Shown piece after piece: positions 1 through 9,643 of a stretch of DNA of 64,000 nucleotides. The translations under genes and the position numbers were made by a program. A model generated the notes under the pieces. The model saw only the letters and a program-made list of their open reading frames with translations, did no database searches and was not told the origin of the DNA. The first letter of the stretch is position 1, and the number at the start of each line of letters is the position of its first letter. Source of the DNA: Deltaproteobacteria bacterium (GTDB lineage Bacteria; Myxococcota; JACRCW01); NCBI GenBank assembly GCA_016218805.1, contig JACRCW010000031.1:1-64000 (forward strand), read 5' to 3'.

Positions 1-448
1 GCGTCACCCGTCAAGGTTCGATCTAGACGAACACTGGTCTCCTCATCGGCTGGCCGGGGCAGCTCGGATTCCCACCCCACGGGCGTACTTGAGACGCGGC
101 CGCGCCCCCGCCCGGGTACTGATGTGGCCCGGCACGGCGGGAGCCGGAGCAACCCCCGCGCCAGCCCAACGCAAGCGGCGCATCCCACGGATTCCGCGCC
201 AGCCGAGTCGGGTGCCACCCGGTCTTTGGACAGCGCTGACCGGGTTCCGGACACCCTGGCCGGATGCCGGTCACCCACGCGGTTGACACGTTCCTGCCCG
301 CGTGCGAGTTCCGCCGTCCCTTTGACGCAGGCCCCGTTCGTGGAGCGGTATCCACGCCGGCGCTTGCCCATGTTGGCACTATCCGCTCGTCGGAGAATGC
401 CGGGGCTCCGCTGGCCGCCACGGTCATGAGCCCATGATGGAGCGAACC

Positions 449-1180
449 ATGGATCTTCCCCTGTTGGGCCGGAAGATGGGCATGTCCCAGATCTTTCTCC
501 CGGATGGCACCCGCAAGGGCGTCACCATTCTCAAGGTTGACCACTGCGTGGTGGTGGACAAGCGGACGCCTGCGCGGGACGGGTATGCGGCGCTGGTGCT
601 GGGCACCACGCCGGTGACGGGTGACCCCCGCCGCGTGGAGCGGCTGGTGGGCAAGCCCATGATGGGCCGGTTCAAGAAGCTGGGCGTGGAGCCGGTGAAG
701 GTGGTCCGGGAGTTCCGCGTGAAGGCGGCGGAGCTGGACAAGTACCAGGTGGGCCAGAAGCTGGGCCTGGAGGTGGTCAAGGAGGGTGACCGCATTGACG
801 TGTGCAGCACGTCCAAGGGCCGCGGGTTTGCGGGCGTGATGAAGCGGCACCACATGGCGGGCAGCAAGTGGTCCCACGGTACGCACGAATACCGCCGTCA
901 CGGCGGTTCCATTGGGTGCCGCGCCGAACCGGGCCGCGTGCACAAGGGCAAGCGCATGCCCGGCCACATGGGCGCGGAGCGCGTGACCACGCAGTACCTC
1001 AAGGTCATTCGCGTGATGCCGGACCAGGGGATCATCCTGATTGACGGGCCGGTGCCGGGCTATCCCCGGACGCTGGTGGAAATCAGCCCGACGACGAAGC
1101 TGCACCCCATCCGCATCCGCAAGGAAGAGGTGGCTTCCAAGGACCCGCTCAAGGCGTCCAAGAAGGCAGCCAAGAAGTGA
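449..1180 (+). CDS. rplC: 50S ribosomal protein L3
   Basis: Motifs LLGRKMGMSQIF, SKGRGFAGVMKRH, HGTHEYRRHGGSIG and PGRVHKGKRMPGHMG. GGAG precedes the ATG at 449 (ORF track starts at 434). Confidence 0.97.
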   Translation: MDLPLLGRKMGMSQIFLPDGTRKGVTILKVDHCVVVDKRTPARDGYAALVLGTTPVTGDPRRVERLVGKPMMGRFKKLGVEPVKVVREFRVKAAELDKYQVGQKLGLEVVKEGDRIDVCSTSKGRGFAGVMKRHHMAGSKWSHGTHEYRRHGGSIGCRAEPGRVHKGKRMPGHMGAERVTTQYLKVIRVMPDQGIILIDGPVPGYPRTLVEISPTTKLHPIRIRKEEVASKDPLKASKKAAKK

Positions 1181-1212
1181 ACCGCCGGGGCGCTGCGGCC
1201 CCCGGTTGGGAT

Positions 1213-1254
1213 GGAACGCCCCCGTTCGCGCTGAGGCGCGGCGGGGGCGTTTCC
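1213..1254. terminator. Hairpin between convergent rplC and 1268..2329, probable terminator
   Basis: GGAACGCCCCCG...CGGGGGCGTTTCC inverted repeat about 30 nt after the rplC stop. Confidence 0.65.
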
Positions 1255-1267
1255 TTGTGCGGTCCGT

Positions 1268-2329
1268 TCAGAAGCCGCGGGACTCCAGCGCCATGCCCAT
1301 CTCGCGCGCCAGGTTCTGCAGTTCGCGCGCGTCCACCAGGCGGTCCTCCGTGGGGGCGTCCGCGTAGACCATCAGGCGCGCGGTGTCCCCCCGCCAGACG
1401 GGCATCACCAGCATGGTGCGCGGCGGACCGCCCAGCTGCGCGTAGAAGTGCGTCCAGGCGTCATCCGCCACGGCGGGGCCGTAGTACGGCATGGCCTCCG
1501 TCAGCATGACTTCAATCCCGGGCAGCGCGTGGACGTCCTGCACGGACAGCTCCACGTCTGCCCCGTGCGCCGCCAGCACGCGCGCTGGGGAGTTGAACAG
1601 GTCCAGCACCAGCACGCGCGGGAAGTAGTTGACGAGGTAGGTGGCCATGGCCGCGGCCATCTGGTGGAGGTTGTCCGCTACAAACATCCGTTCGGCGGCG
1701 GCCCCCAGGGTGGCCAGCGTGCGCGGGCTGCCCTTCTTGCGGGTGAGCATCACGGGGCCTTCCGGCTTGCGCTGGAACAGCAGCACCGGGTCTTCGCGCG
1801 GGGCCAGGCCCAGCGCGGTCTCAAAGTCCCGGTTGGGGACCTCCCCGGTGGGCGGCGCGGTGGTGGACGGCGCGGTGATGGCGCTGCTGGTGAAGCGCCG
1901 GCCGGGCACTGTGGTGGGAAACAGCCGTGCCACCGCGGCCTCCACGGCGGGCGCGGTCCCCACGCACCAACTCACCCGCAGGCCGCCGCCGGGGCCCTCC
2001 CAGGCGGCATGCAGCGCGGCGGGGTCATGGAAGGCCACGCGCAGCGTGTCCGCCACCAGGTCCACCGGTGCAATGCCCAGCTTGCGGGCCAGCGTCTCTG
2101 GCACGTGCACGCCCAGGGCGCGCGGCGCCACCACAATCTCGCCGTCTGCCACCCGCGGGTGACCGGTGCCCGCCGCCACCGCGTCAGCCAGTGCGTCGTG
2201 CGTCAGGCTCGTCTCGCGCACCACCAGGTCCGCCAGGCTGCCGCCGCGTTCGCGCCAGCGGCGCAGCAACTCGCCCCGGCGTCCTTCCGGGAGCAGGCCA
2301 GCGTCCACAAGCGTATCCAGCAGTTCCAT
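1268..2329 (-). CDS. GspE/PilB N-terminal (MshEN-like) domain protein with a GAF-like C-terminal region, no ATPase
   Basis: LLDTLVDAGLL..GGSLADLVV and VPETLARKLGIAPV..LRVAFHDP resemble T2SSE_N. No Walker A motif is present. Confidence 0.6.
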   Translation of the reverse strand: MELLDTLVDAGLLPEGRRGELLRRWRERGGSLADLVVRETSLTHDALADAVAAGTGHPRVADGEIVVAPRALGVHVPETLARKLGIAPVDLVADTLRVAFHDPAALHAAWEGPGGGLRVSWCVGTAPAVEAAVARLFPTTVPGRRFTSSAITAPSTTAPPTGEVPNRDFETALGLAPREDPVLLFQRKPEGPVMLTRKKGSPRTLATLGAAAERMFVADNLHQMAAAMATYLVNYFPRVLVLDLFNSPARVLAAHGADVELSVQDVHALPGIEVMLTEAMPYYGPAVADDAWTHFYAQLGGPPRTMLVMPVWRGDTARLMVYADAPTEDRLVDARELQNLAREMGMALESRGF

Positions 2330-2374
2330 GGGGTAGGGGGTTGGATGGCACGCGGGCGCGGTGGTGTCACCGGC

Positions 2375-3184
2375 TCAGGGGCCAAATGCCTGCGGGAACA
2401 GCAGCACCAGCAGCGCCAGCCCCGCCCGGTAGACCGCAAACGGCCGCAGCGTGTTGACGGAGACAAACCGCACAAACAGGCGGATGGCGCCCCAGGCAGC
2501 CACGGCGCTGACCAGCAGCCCAACGAGAAACAGCGGTGCATCCGCCGCATGCAGGCTGCCGGCGCGCACGCCCTTGAACAAGTCATACAGCGTGGCCGCG
2601 CCGATGATGGGGAGCGCCGCCAGGAAGCTGTACTCGGTGGCCGCCTGGCGGGAGACGCCCAGCAGCATGCCGCCCATGATGGTGGAGGCGGAGCGGGACA
2701 TGCCGGGCCACAGCGCCAGGCACTGGAACAGTCCAATGCCCAGCGCGCTGCGCGGGGTGAGGCCGTCCAAGGAGTCCGCCTGCACGCGCGGCCGCAGCTG
2801 TTCCACCACCAGAATCCCCGCCGCGCCCACCAGCAGCGCCGCGGCAACCATCACCGGATTGAACAGCCGCGCCTTGATGGCATGGTGCGCCACAAAACCC
2901 AGCGCCAGCGCGGGGGCGGAGGTCAGCGCCAGCGCGGTCAGCCCGCGCAGGCCACGGAAGCCCTGGCCGCCGCGCTGCAGCAGGCCCGCCAGGCGCTGCC
3001 GGTACAGGCCCAGCACGGCCAGCATGGCGCCGGCCTGGATGACCACCTCAAAGATGTCCGCCCGTTCCCCGGTGAACCCCAGCGCGTGGCCGGCCAGGAT
3101 GAGGTGGCCGGTGGAGGAGACGGGGAGGAACTCGGTCACGCCCTCAACAATGCCGAGGAGAACCGCGACGAGAAACAGGTCCAT
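2375..3184 (-). CDS. uppP: Undecaprenyl-diphosphate phosphatase (BacA family)
   Basis: LGIVEGVTEFLPVSSTGH and PGMSRSASTI motifs; hydrophobic overall. Confidence 0.96.
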   Translation of the reverse strand: MDLFLVAVLLGIVEGVTEFLPVSSTGHLILAGHALGFTGERADIFEVVIQAGAMLAVLGLYRQRLAGLLQRGGQGFRGLRGLTALALTSAPALALGFVAHHAIKARLFNPVMVAAALLVGAAGILVVEQLRPRVQADSLDGLTPRSALGIGLFQCLALWPGMSRSASTIMGGMLLGVSRQAATEYSFLAALPIIGAATLYDLFKGVRAGSLHAADAPLFLVGLLVSAVAAWGAIRLFVRFVSVNTLRPFAVYRAGLALLVLLFPQAFGP

Positions 3185-3217
3185 GGCGCGCCTTGTGCGA
3201 CGGTGCCGCGCCGCGGG

Positions 3218-3811
3218 TCAACGCCTGCGGCCCTGCCGGATGTCTTCCAGCAGCGCCCGGGCCTCCGCGGCGCCGTGCTCCAGCACGTTCTCCAGGCCCA
3301 CGCGCGCCACCGTCTCAGAAGCGGTCTCGCCGCGGTCATTGCGGCCGGTGCCGCGGGCGGCGGTGATGACGGACACGCGGGACAACTGGATGGAGGGGTC
3401 CGGCGTGCGGCGCATGAAACCCACCGCGCGGTCCGGGTCGGTCAGGTCTTCGTGCATGTCCGGATGCATGGCCACCAGGTAGTAGCCGGCGGGCGGGTTG
3501 GAGACGCGCGTGAACGCGTCCCGCACGCTGCTGACAAAGCGCATGAAGGTGCCCGCACCCAGCGCCAGGTCCGGCAGGATGACCACGGCCACGTCCAGTT
3601 CTTCCGGGGGGACCGCGGTGAGGCGCTGCAGTTCGGCCACGCACGCGGCCACGTCCGGCTCCGTGAGGCGCAGGACGGACCGCCCCAAACGTCCGCCCAG
3701 GCGGGCGTGCCGGGCCCACGGGCAGATGGACAGCTTTTCAATGAACTCAACAAGAAAACGGTCATACCGGGCGATCACTTCGTCGTCGGTCAGCCGCTCC
3801 GGGGGGGACAT
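3218..3811 (-). CDS. DUF1415-like hypothetical protein
   Basis: FIEKLSICPWAR, AMHPD and RRTPDPSIQL resemble the DUF1415 motifs LCPFA, FHP and RSPYP. Confidence 0.55.
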   Translation of the reverse strand: MSPPERLTDDEVIARYDRFLVEFIEKLSICPWARHARLGGRLGRSVLRLTEPDVAACVAELQRLTAVPPEELDVAVVILPDLALGAGTFMRFVSSVRDAFTRVSNPPAGYYLVAMHPDMHEDLTDPDRAVGFMRRTPDPSIQLSRVSVITAARGTGRNDRGETASETVARVGLENVLEHGAAEARALLEDIRQGRRR

Positions 3812-3826
3812 CAGGGGTGGTTATTA

Positions 3827-6082
3827 TCAAGCCGTCGCGTCGCGGGACAGGCGCAGGCGGCGGCCCACGCGCGCAAGTTGGTCCTCCACGTGGCGCTTGA
3901 GGCCGGGCGTATTGCGCAGCAGGCCGTCCAGCAGGTTGGCGGGCAGGCGCAGCAGCATGGCGGGTTCGCGGGCCACGGACGGGAGGATGCGGGCGCGGCC
4001 GGAGACGGGTGCCAGGTCCCCCACCAGGTCACCCACCTGCAGCAGCACCGGCGGCGAGGACAGCACTTCCACGGAGCCGCGGACCACCAGCAGCACTTCG
4101 CCCGGGCGGGGGCCCTGAACCGGCGCGCCGGCGGGGGCCTCCACGGGTTCCGCGGCGCCGGCCAGCGCGTGCACGGCGTTCTGGTTGAGCCGCCCGTCCA
4201 GCGCGCCGTTGATGAGGTGCCGGTAGGTCCACATGCGCTCCAGGCGGTCCTTCACGCTCTCACGGCCGCCGCGTCCGGCATCCGGGCGCGCGTCCCGCGC
4301 GTCCTCCTCAATGAACTCCAGGAACAGGGACCCGGGCACCTGCAGCACGCGCATGGGGCTGAGGGCCACCACGGAGGCGTTGCGCGAGGCGCCGCGCAGG
4401 AAGCTCTGCTCGCCAAAGAAGCTGCCGCGCTCCAGGGACGCCACGCGCTTGCCGTCCACCACCACCTCCGCCGTCCCCGCGACGACGAGGTAGACAAAAT
4501 CCGGTCGCGAATCACCCTGGCGCACCAGGGTCTCACCTTCCGGCGCGTTGCGCGGGATGGCGGCGTGCAGCAGGCGGTTGACCCACTCTTCCAGGCGGCT
4601 GCCCAGGTGGGACAGCACTTCGGAGACCACCGCGGCGTCCTGCACGGTGGGATTGGAATCCGCCAGGCGGCGCTCAAACAGCGGGCCGGCCAGCTTCAGC
4701 TTGTCAGCAAACTGCGCGGGAATGTCGCTGCGGTGCGCCAGCATGATGCCGGCGGGGTCATACGCGGAGAAGTCCGCAACAAAGCCGTGGATGGTGGCTT
4801 CCCCGGCGTCACACAGCGTGAACTGCTGGCGCGGGAAGTCCACCAGCGCGTCATGGCGTTCCTGGCTGATGAGCCCCTTTTCCAGCTGTTTGTCCAGGCC
4901 CACCGGGCCGCCCTTGCTGGAGGTGTCACCGGTGAGCCCAAAACTCTGCCCGCGGTATTCAAAGCGGCCGCCGTAGGACGGGATGGGGTGCGCGCCGTAG
5001 TGCAGCGTGATGGACACGCCGTTGATGAGGAACGGGCGGTACGGGCGGACCACGCGCCAGCGGAAGGCGTCCTCCAGCTTGGCGCGCTCCACGCCCCACA
5101 GCGCGCTGAACTTGCGGAGCACCTGCTCGCGCACCTCCGGCGTGGTGATGATTTCAATCTTCCGGTAGCCGTTCCACGCAAACCGGTACAGGTCCACCAC
5201 GTGGTCATCATGGATGTGGCTGACAAAGATGCCGCGGATGTCCCCCACGGAAATGCCCAGGCGGTTGAGCAGCCAGGCGGTGAAGGGACTGCAGTCCCAC
5301 AGGAAGAATTCGCCGCCCAGGCTGAGCAGGTTGGTGGTGGTGGGGCCGGCGGTGGAGAACGCGCTGTCACTGCCCAGCACCATCAGGCCAAACACCTGCG
5401 GGCGCAGCGGCTGGTCGGGCTTGGGGTAGACGTCCGCCCACATCGGGCGGTCCACGCCGTCGTAGGCGATGGTGACCTCGCTGCGCTCGCCCTGGTACTC
5501 CACGGTGAAGCGGTCCTGGGCGCGGTGGCAGCTGATGCGCACGCCCTCCTCCAGGACCAACGTGTCCGCGCCGTCAAACGGGAGGAACTGGCAGTAGTGC
5601 CCCAGCGGATGCGGCGCGCCCGCCGCGTCCTTCACTGAGAAGAACTTCTGGTCGTTGAGCAGCATCTCGCGGATGCGCGGGTTGGAGCGGACCTGCGTGC
5701 GCAGCTCCTTTTCGTCCACGCCCAGGAAACACTCCTTCATCACCAGTGCCAGCGCGTCCAGTTCATCCTGCGTGCCCACCCAGCGGATGGGGCTCTTCAT
5801 GGAGGCCTTGGCCCAGTCATAGCGGCCCCCCAGGAACGCCGAGGCGAACAGCACGAACTCTGGGCACACGGTGGGCGTGTCCCGCACCACGCGCCGGGTG
5901 GGGTAGACCACCACGTCCGGGAAGTTGCTGACGGGCTTGCCGTCCGGCCCCGGCTTCTGGTCCGCCTTGAGCCGCCGGCTCACCTCCGGCGGCGCACCAA
6001 ACAGCACGCGGACCAACTTGTCTTTCGCCTGGATGGTGACCAGCACCGCACCTGGGTAGGCCACCTGGGTCATCAGCCCCAT
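3827..6082 (-). CDS. Metallo-beta-lactamase-fold hydrolase fused to cyclic nucleotide-binding domains
   Basis: SHIHDDH (HxHxDH), HPIP and TGDT motifs; cNMP cassette FFGEQSFLRGASRNASV plus a second degenerate cNMP domain. Start is 6082 or 6073. Confidence 0.8.
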   Translation of the reverse strand: MGLMTQVAYPGAVLVTIQAKDKLVRVLFGAPPEVSRRLKADQKPGPDGKPVSNFPDVVVYPTRRVVRDTPTVCPEFVLFASAFLGGRYDWAKASMKSPIRWVGTQDELDALALVMKECFLGVDEKELRTQVRSNPRIREMLLNDQKFFSVKDAAGAPHPLGHYCQFLPFDGADTLVLEEGVRISCHRAQDRFTVEYQGERSEVTIAYDGVDRPMWADVYPKPDQPLRPQVFGLMVLGSDSAFSTAGPTTTNLLSLGGEFFLWDCSPFTAWLLNRLGISVGDIRGIFVSHIHDDHVVDLYRFAWNGYRKIEIITTPEVREQVLRKFSALWGVERAKLEDAFRWRVVRPYRPFLINGVSITLHYGAHPIPSYGGRFEYRGQSFGLTGDTSSKGGPVGLDKQLEKGLISQERHDALVDFPRQQFTLCDAGEATIHGFVADFSAYDPAGIMLAHRSDIPAQFADKLKLAGPLFERRLADSNPTVQDAAVVSEVLSHLGSRLEEWVNRLLHAAIPRNAPEGETLVRQGDSRPDFVYLVVAGTAEVVVDGKRVASLERGSFFGEQSFLRGASRNASVVALSPMRVLQVPGSLFLEFIEEDARDARPDAGRGGRESVKDRLERMWTYRHLINGALDGRLNQNAVHALAGAAEPVEAPAGAPVQGPRPGEVLLVVRGSVEVLSSPPVLLQVGDLVGDLAPVSGRARILPSVAREPAMLLRLPANLLDGLLRNTPGLKRHVEDQLARVGRRLRLSRDATA

Positions 6083-6371
6083 GACGCGCTCCGCGGATGC
6101 CCTACTCAACCGCTTCAGGCACCCCGACGGGGTGGAGCGAACCAGGGACGCCGCGTCGGGCGGGCGTCGGGAGCCTACTCGGCGGGTTTCCCCGCCTTTC
6201 CCCTCCCGGCGAGGCCTTCTGAGCGGCCTCTCCGCCGTCAACGGTCCGGGTTCTTCACCCCTGCAAACCGCCTGATCACCCGGGGCCCCGCCCCGGAGAT
6301 CAGCGTCACTATGACGCAGCGCTGACGCGGGACACAAGAAAATCGTTTCTGGCGCCTGGAATTAGCCGCGT

Positions 6372-7403
6372 TTACTGAACGGCCGGGCAGGCCTCACGCA
6401 CCAGGCGCACCACGGCGGCCACCCACGCAGGCTCCGCGTTCAACGACGGGACCAGGTGCAGTTCCCCGTCGGGGAAGCGGGCGCGGTAGTCATCACGCGC
6501 GCGCACCCCAATCTCCTCCAGCGTCTCCAGGCAGTCCGCCACAAACGCCGGGCACATCACCGCCACGCGCCGGACGCGCTGAGCCGCCAGCTCCCGCAGG
6601 ACGTGGTCCGTGTACGGGCCAATCCACGGCGTCCGGCCCAGCCGTGACTGGAATGAGACGGTCCACGTCCCCTCACCCAGCGCCAGCGCGCCCGCCAGCG
6701 CGCGCGCGGTGGCGAAGCACTGCGCGCGGTAGCAGTCACGGTTGACGGGCCCTGGCGCTGCGCAGCAGTCCGCGGTGCGCAGGCAGTGGGCGCCGGACGC
6801 GTCAGAACGCGTGACGTGGCGCTCCGGGACGCCGTGGAAGCTGAAGACCACGTGGTCGGCTCCGTGGTCCCCCAGCGCGGCCCGCCCCACCGCGGCAAAC
6901 GCGTCCAGGAACGCGGGATGACCGTGGAAAGGCGGCACCACCTGCACGCCGGGGACGTCCCACCCTGACCCGAGCAGGCGGTAGACCTCCGCCAGCGTGG
7001 AGCCCGTGGTGGAGGCGGCGGCCTGCGGATACAGCGGCAGGACCAGCAGGTGGTTGGCGCCGGCCTGGCGCAGTTCACGCACGCCGTCAGCCAGTGACGG
7101 GCGGCCGTACCGCATGGCCAGGCGCACCGGCGTTTGGGGGAGCGCCTGCTGCACGGCGGCGGCCAGCGCGCGGCCGTGGAGCAGCAGCGGGCTGCCCTGC
7201 GGGGTCCAGATGCGGCGGTATGCCTCCGCGCTGTGGCGCGGCCGGAACGGGAGAATCACCAGGTTGAGCAGCAGCCAGCGGCCCACCGGGTGGAGGTCCA
7301 GCACGCGCCCGTCAGCCAGGAATTCCCGCAGGTAGCGGCGCACGTCCGGCACCGCGGCGCTGTCCGGGGTGCCAAGATTCACGAGGAGGAGACCGGGCTT
7401 CAT
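6372..7403 (-). CDS. hemH: Ferrochelatase
   Basis: GLLLVNLGTP, LAMRYGRPS, LPLYPQ, FSFHGVP, FQSRLG and FVADCLETLEEI motifs. Confidence 0.96.
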   Translation of the reverse strand: MKPGLLLVNLGTPDSAAVPDVRRYLREFLADGRVLDLHPVGRWLLLNLVILPFRPRHSAEAYRRIWTPQGSPLLLHGRALAAAVQQALPQTPVRLAMRYGRPSLADGVRELRQAGANHLLVLPLYPQAAASTTGSTLAEVYRLLGSGWDVPGVQVVPPFHGHPAFLDAFAAVGRAALGDHGADHVVFSFHGVPERHVTRSDASGAHCLRTADCCAAPGPVNRDCYRAQCFATARALAGALALGEGTWTVSFQSRLGRTPWIGPYTDHVLRELAAQRVRRVAVMCPAFVADCLETLEEIGVRARDDYRARFPDGELHLVPSLNAEPAWVAAVVRLVREACPAVQ

Positions 7404-7495
7404 CCGCCGCGGGCGTGGCACGGCCGCGCCGCGGGGGTCAATCCTCTGCGGCCTCCACGTTGCGGCATGCCGGAGCCCCTGCTACGCGCCCAGGT

Positions 7496-8170
7496 ATGGC
7501 GTTCGCGTCGACAAGCCGCGTGGTGGTGCTGCCGTTGGCCGCACTGCTGCTGGGCGGGTGCCCGCGCCCGTCCGGCGGCGGTGACGAGGACCCCGCGTGC
7601 ATCACGGATGATGATTGCCCGTCCGGGCGGGTGTGCGTGGACAACACGTGCCAGGCCGGGGGAGCCACGTCGTCGTCCTCGGGGACGGTGGCGTCTTCCC
7701 GGGCCAGCAGCTCGGCGGTGGCCACCTCCGGCAGCACCGGCGGCACGTCCTCGCCGCAGCCGTCCTCGGGCGCGGCGTCGTCGGGGGCCCCGGGCTCGTC
7801 CGCGGAATCCGGTGCGGTCGGTTCGTCGTCGTCGGGCGCGCTGCCGTTGTCGTCGTCGTCGTCGGGCGGGGCCCCATCCGGCCGCAGCAGCAGCAGCGCG
7901 GCGGGGTCCTCCGCGTCGTCCATGGCGGCTTCCTCCGGTGCGCCGGGCAGTTCGTCCGGCGGCGCGGCGTCCTCCGGGGGCATGGTGGTGCCGGCATGCA
8001 GTGACCTGCGCGGGACGCGGTTTGGCGTGTGCGCGCACGTGGGTGTGCCGCTGCCCCCCACGCGGGGCACGCGCTTTGGTCTTGAACAGGGAATCTTGAC
8101 GAGTCCCGCGGCGCCAGCACCGGGCAACCGGTTTGGCATCACGGGGGAGGTGGTGATTGATGGTCCGTGA
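7496..8170 (+). CDS. Ser/Gly-rich lipoprotein with a Cys-rich module
   Basis: Lipobox LLLGGC, then [18 protein letters not shown], a long S/G/A linker and a C-terminal thrice-repeated G[TN]RFG. Confidence 0.7.
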   Translation: MAFASTSRVVVLPLAALLLGGCPRPSGGGDEDPACITDDDCPSGRVCVDNTCQAGGATSSSSGTVASSRASSSAVATSGSTGGTSSPQPSSGAASSGAPGSSAESGAVGSSSSGALPLSSSSSGGAPSGRSSSSAAGSSASSMAASSGAPGSSSGGAASSGGMVVPACSDLRGTRFGVCAHVGVPLPPTRGTRFGLEQGILTSPAAPAPGNRFGITGEVVIDGP

Positions 8171-9632
8171 ACGCGCGCTCGGCGGCTGGCTGGTGCTTGC
8201 ACTCTGCGTGGTGGGGACGCCCGCGCGGAGCGCCACGCCGGAGGCCGTCATCTACCAGGGAACGCTGACGGACAACGGCCAACCTGCCGCCGACGGGACG
8301 TATTCGCTGCACTACCGTCTCTACGGCCAGCAGAGCGCCGGCACCGCCGTGGCCGAGATCCCCGCCCACACCGTCCTGGTCCGCGGCGGGCGCTTCTCTG
8401 ACGACATTGGCGCGTTGTTCTCCACCCCCGTGGCCGACGCGTGGCTGGAGATTGCGGTGGCCCCGCCTTCCGGCGGCGCCGAGGACGTGCTCCCCCGCAC
8501 GCGCGTCACCGCGGTCCCCTACGCGGTCCGCGCCGCCGTGGCGGAACTGGCCGAAGGCGTGGACTGGACGGACGTGCGCAACGCACCCAACCCGCTGCAG
8601 GGACCGCCGGGCCCCACCGGTCCCACGGGCCCCACCGGCGTAGGCGTGGTGGGACTCACGCTGCCCCCGGGCGACGGGACGTGCACCTACGGCGGCAGCA
8701 TGTTCACCGTTGGGACCACCGTCACCTACGCGTGCAACGGCACTCCGGGACCCGCCGGCGGCAACGGCGCCAGCCCCGTGATAGCATCCCTGGCCGCCGG
8801 CCACGCCACCTGCACCGCGGGCGGCGCCAGCTTCACGCTGGGCGGCACCACCACGTACGCATGCACCGGCGCCGCCGGAACGGCGGGCGCCCGCGGTGAC
8901 ACCGGACCCACGGGAGCCACGGGCCCCACCGGACCCACCGGACCCACGGGACCGCGGGGAGACACGGGCGCCCAGGGCCTGCAGGGCAGCCAGGGCGTCA
9001 AGGGCGACACCGGTGCAACGGGACCGGCGGGACCCAAGGGGGACACCGGCGCGGCCGGCGGCGTTGGCGCCACGGGCCCCACCGGTCCCGCGGGCACCTC
9101 CGTCACCACGACGACATTGCCCGTTGGAGACGCGACATGCTTGTACGGCGGGTCACGGTTCCAGCTTGGCGCGGGCGCGCCCACGTACGCGTGCACCGGT
9201 GCGCCCGGCGGTGCGGGCCAGGTGGTGGCCACCGACCTCAACACGGGGACCACCGCCATTGGCCTGGCCTGCACGCACTACACGGGCTCGGAGGTCACCA
9301 TTGCGGCGCCGGGCCCCGGGAAGATCATGGTGCGTTCAGTGTTCCGCCTGAACATGAGCCACGCCAACCTGACCAAGGACCGCATCATCCTGAACATCGC
9401 CAGCACCAGCACGGACTGCTCCGCCTTCACGGGCGACGAGACGGACGTCCAGATTCCGGCGGAACTGCCAACGTTCTCCGGCGTGCAGTACTCCGGCTTT
9501 GTGGAGCGGGTGTTCACCGTGGGCGCCGCAGGCAGCTACACGTACTACCTGAATGGAGAATCCTGGTCCGGCGATACGACGGCGGACCAGTTCTACTACG
9601 CCGCCATGACGGCTCACTTTGTCCCGAATTGA
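8160..9632 (+). CDS. Secreted collagen-like (Gly-X-Y) fibre protein
   Basis: Signal peptide, N-terminal YQGTLTD...[12 protein letters not shown] domain, GXY runs (longest about 26 triplets) and three TCxxGGxxF...TYACxG repeats. Confidence 0.85.
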   Translation: MVRERALGGWLVLALCVVGTPARSATPEAVIYQGTLTDNGQPAADGTYSLHYRLYGQQSAGTAVAEIPAHTVLVRGGRFSDDIGALFSTPVADAWLEIAVAPPSGGAEDVLPRTRVTAVPYAVRAAVAELAEGVDWTDVRNAPNPLQGPPGPTGPTGPTGVGVVGLTLPPGDGTCTYGGSMFTVGTTVTYACNGTPGPAGGNGASPVIASLAAGHATCTAGGASFTLGGTTTYACTGAAGTAGARGDTGPTGATGPTGPTGPTGPRGDTGAQGLQGSQGVKGDTGATGPAGPKGDTGAAGGVGATGPTGPAGTSVTTTTLPVGDATCLYGGSRFQLGAGAPTYACTGAPGGAGQVVATDLNTGTTAIGLACTHYTGSEVTIAAPGPGKIMVRSVFRLNMSHANLTKDRIILNIASTSTDCSAFTGDETDVQIPAELPTFSGVQYSGFVERVFTVGAAGSYTYYLNGESWSGDTTADQFYYAAMTAHFVPN

Positions 9633-9643
9633 ACCGCCCGCCG

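Noticed and set aside
1..430. ncRNA or riboswitch upstream of rplC
   Set aside because: Only short hairpins with no recognisable family motif, and the context is cut by the window edge.
1448..5638. 1396-aa + strand ORF and other long antisense ORFs (e.g. 25358..27727, 41271..43739, 52534..54555)
   Set aside because: They are shadow frames of well-supported genes on the opposite strand. Stop codons are scarce at high GC and these frames show no motifs.
8860..9100. 9-nt periodic repeats as a CRISPR or non-coding array
   Set aside because: They are explained by collagen Gly-X-Y codons; there is no repeat-spacer structure and no cas genes.
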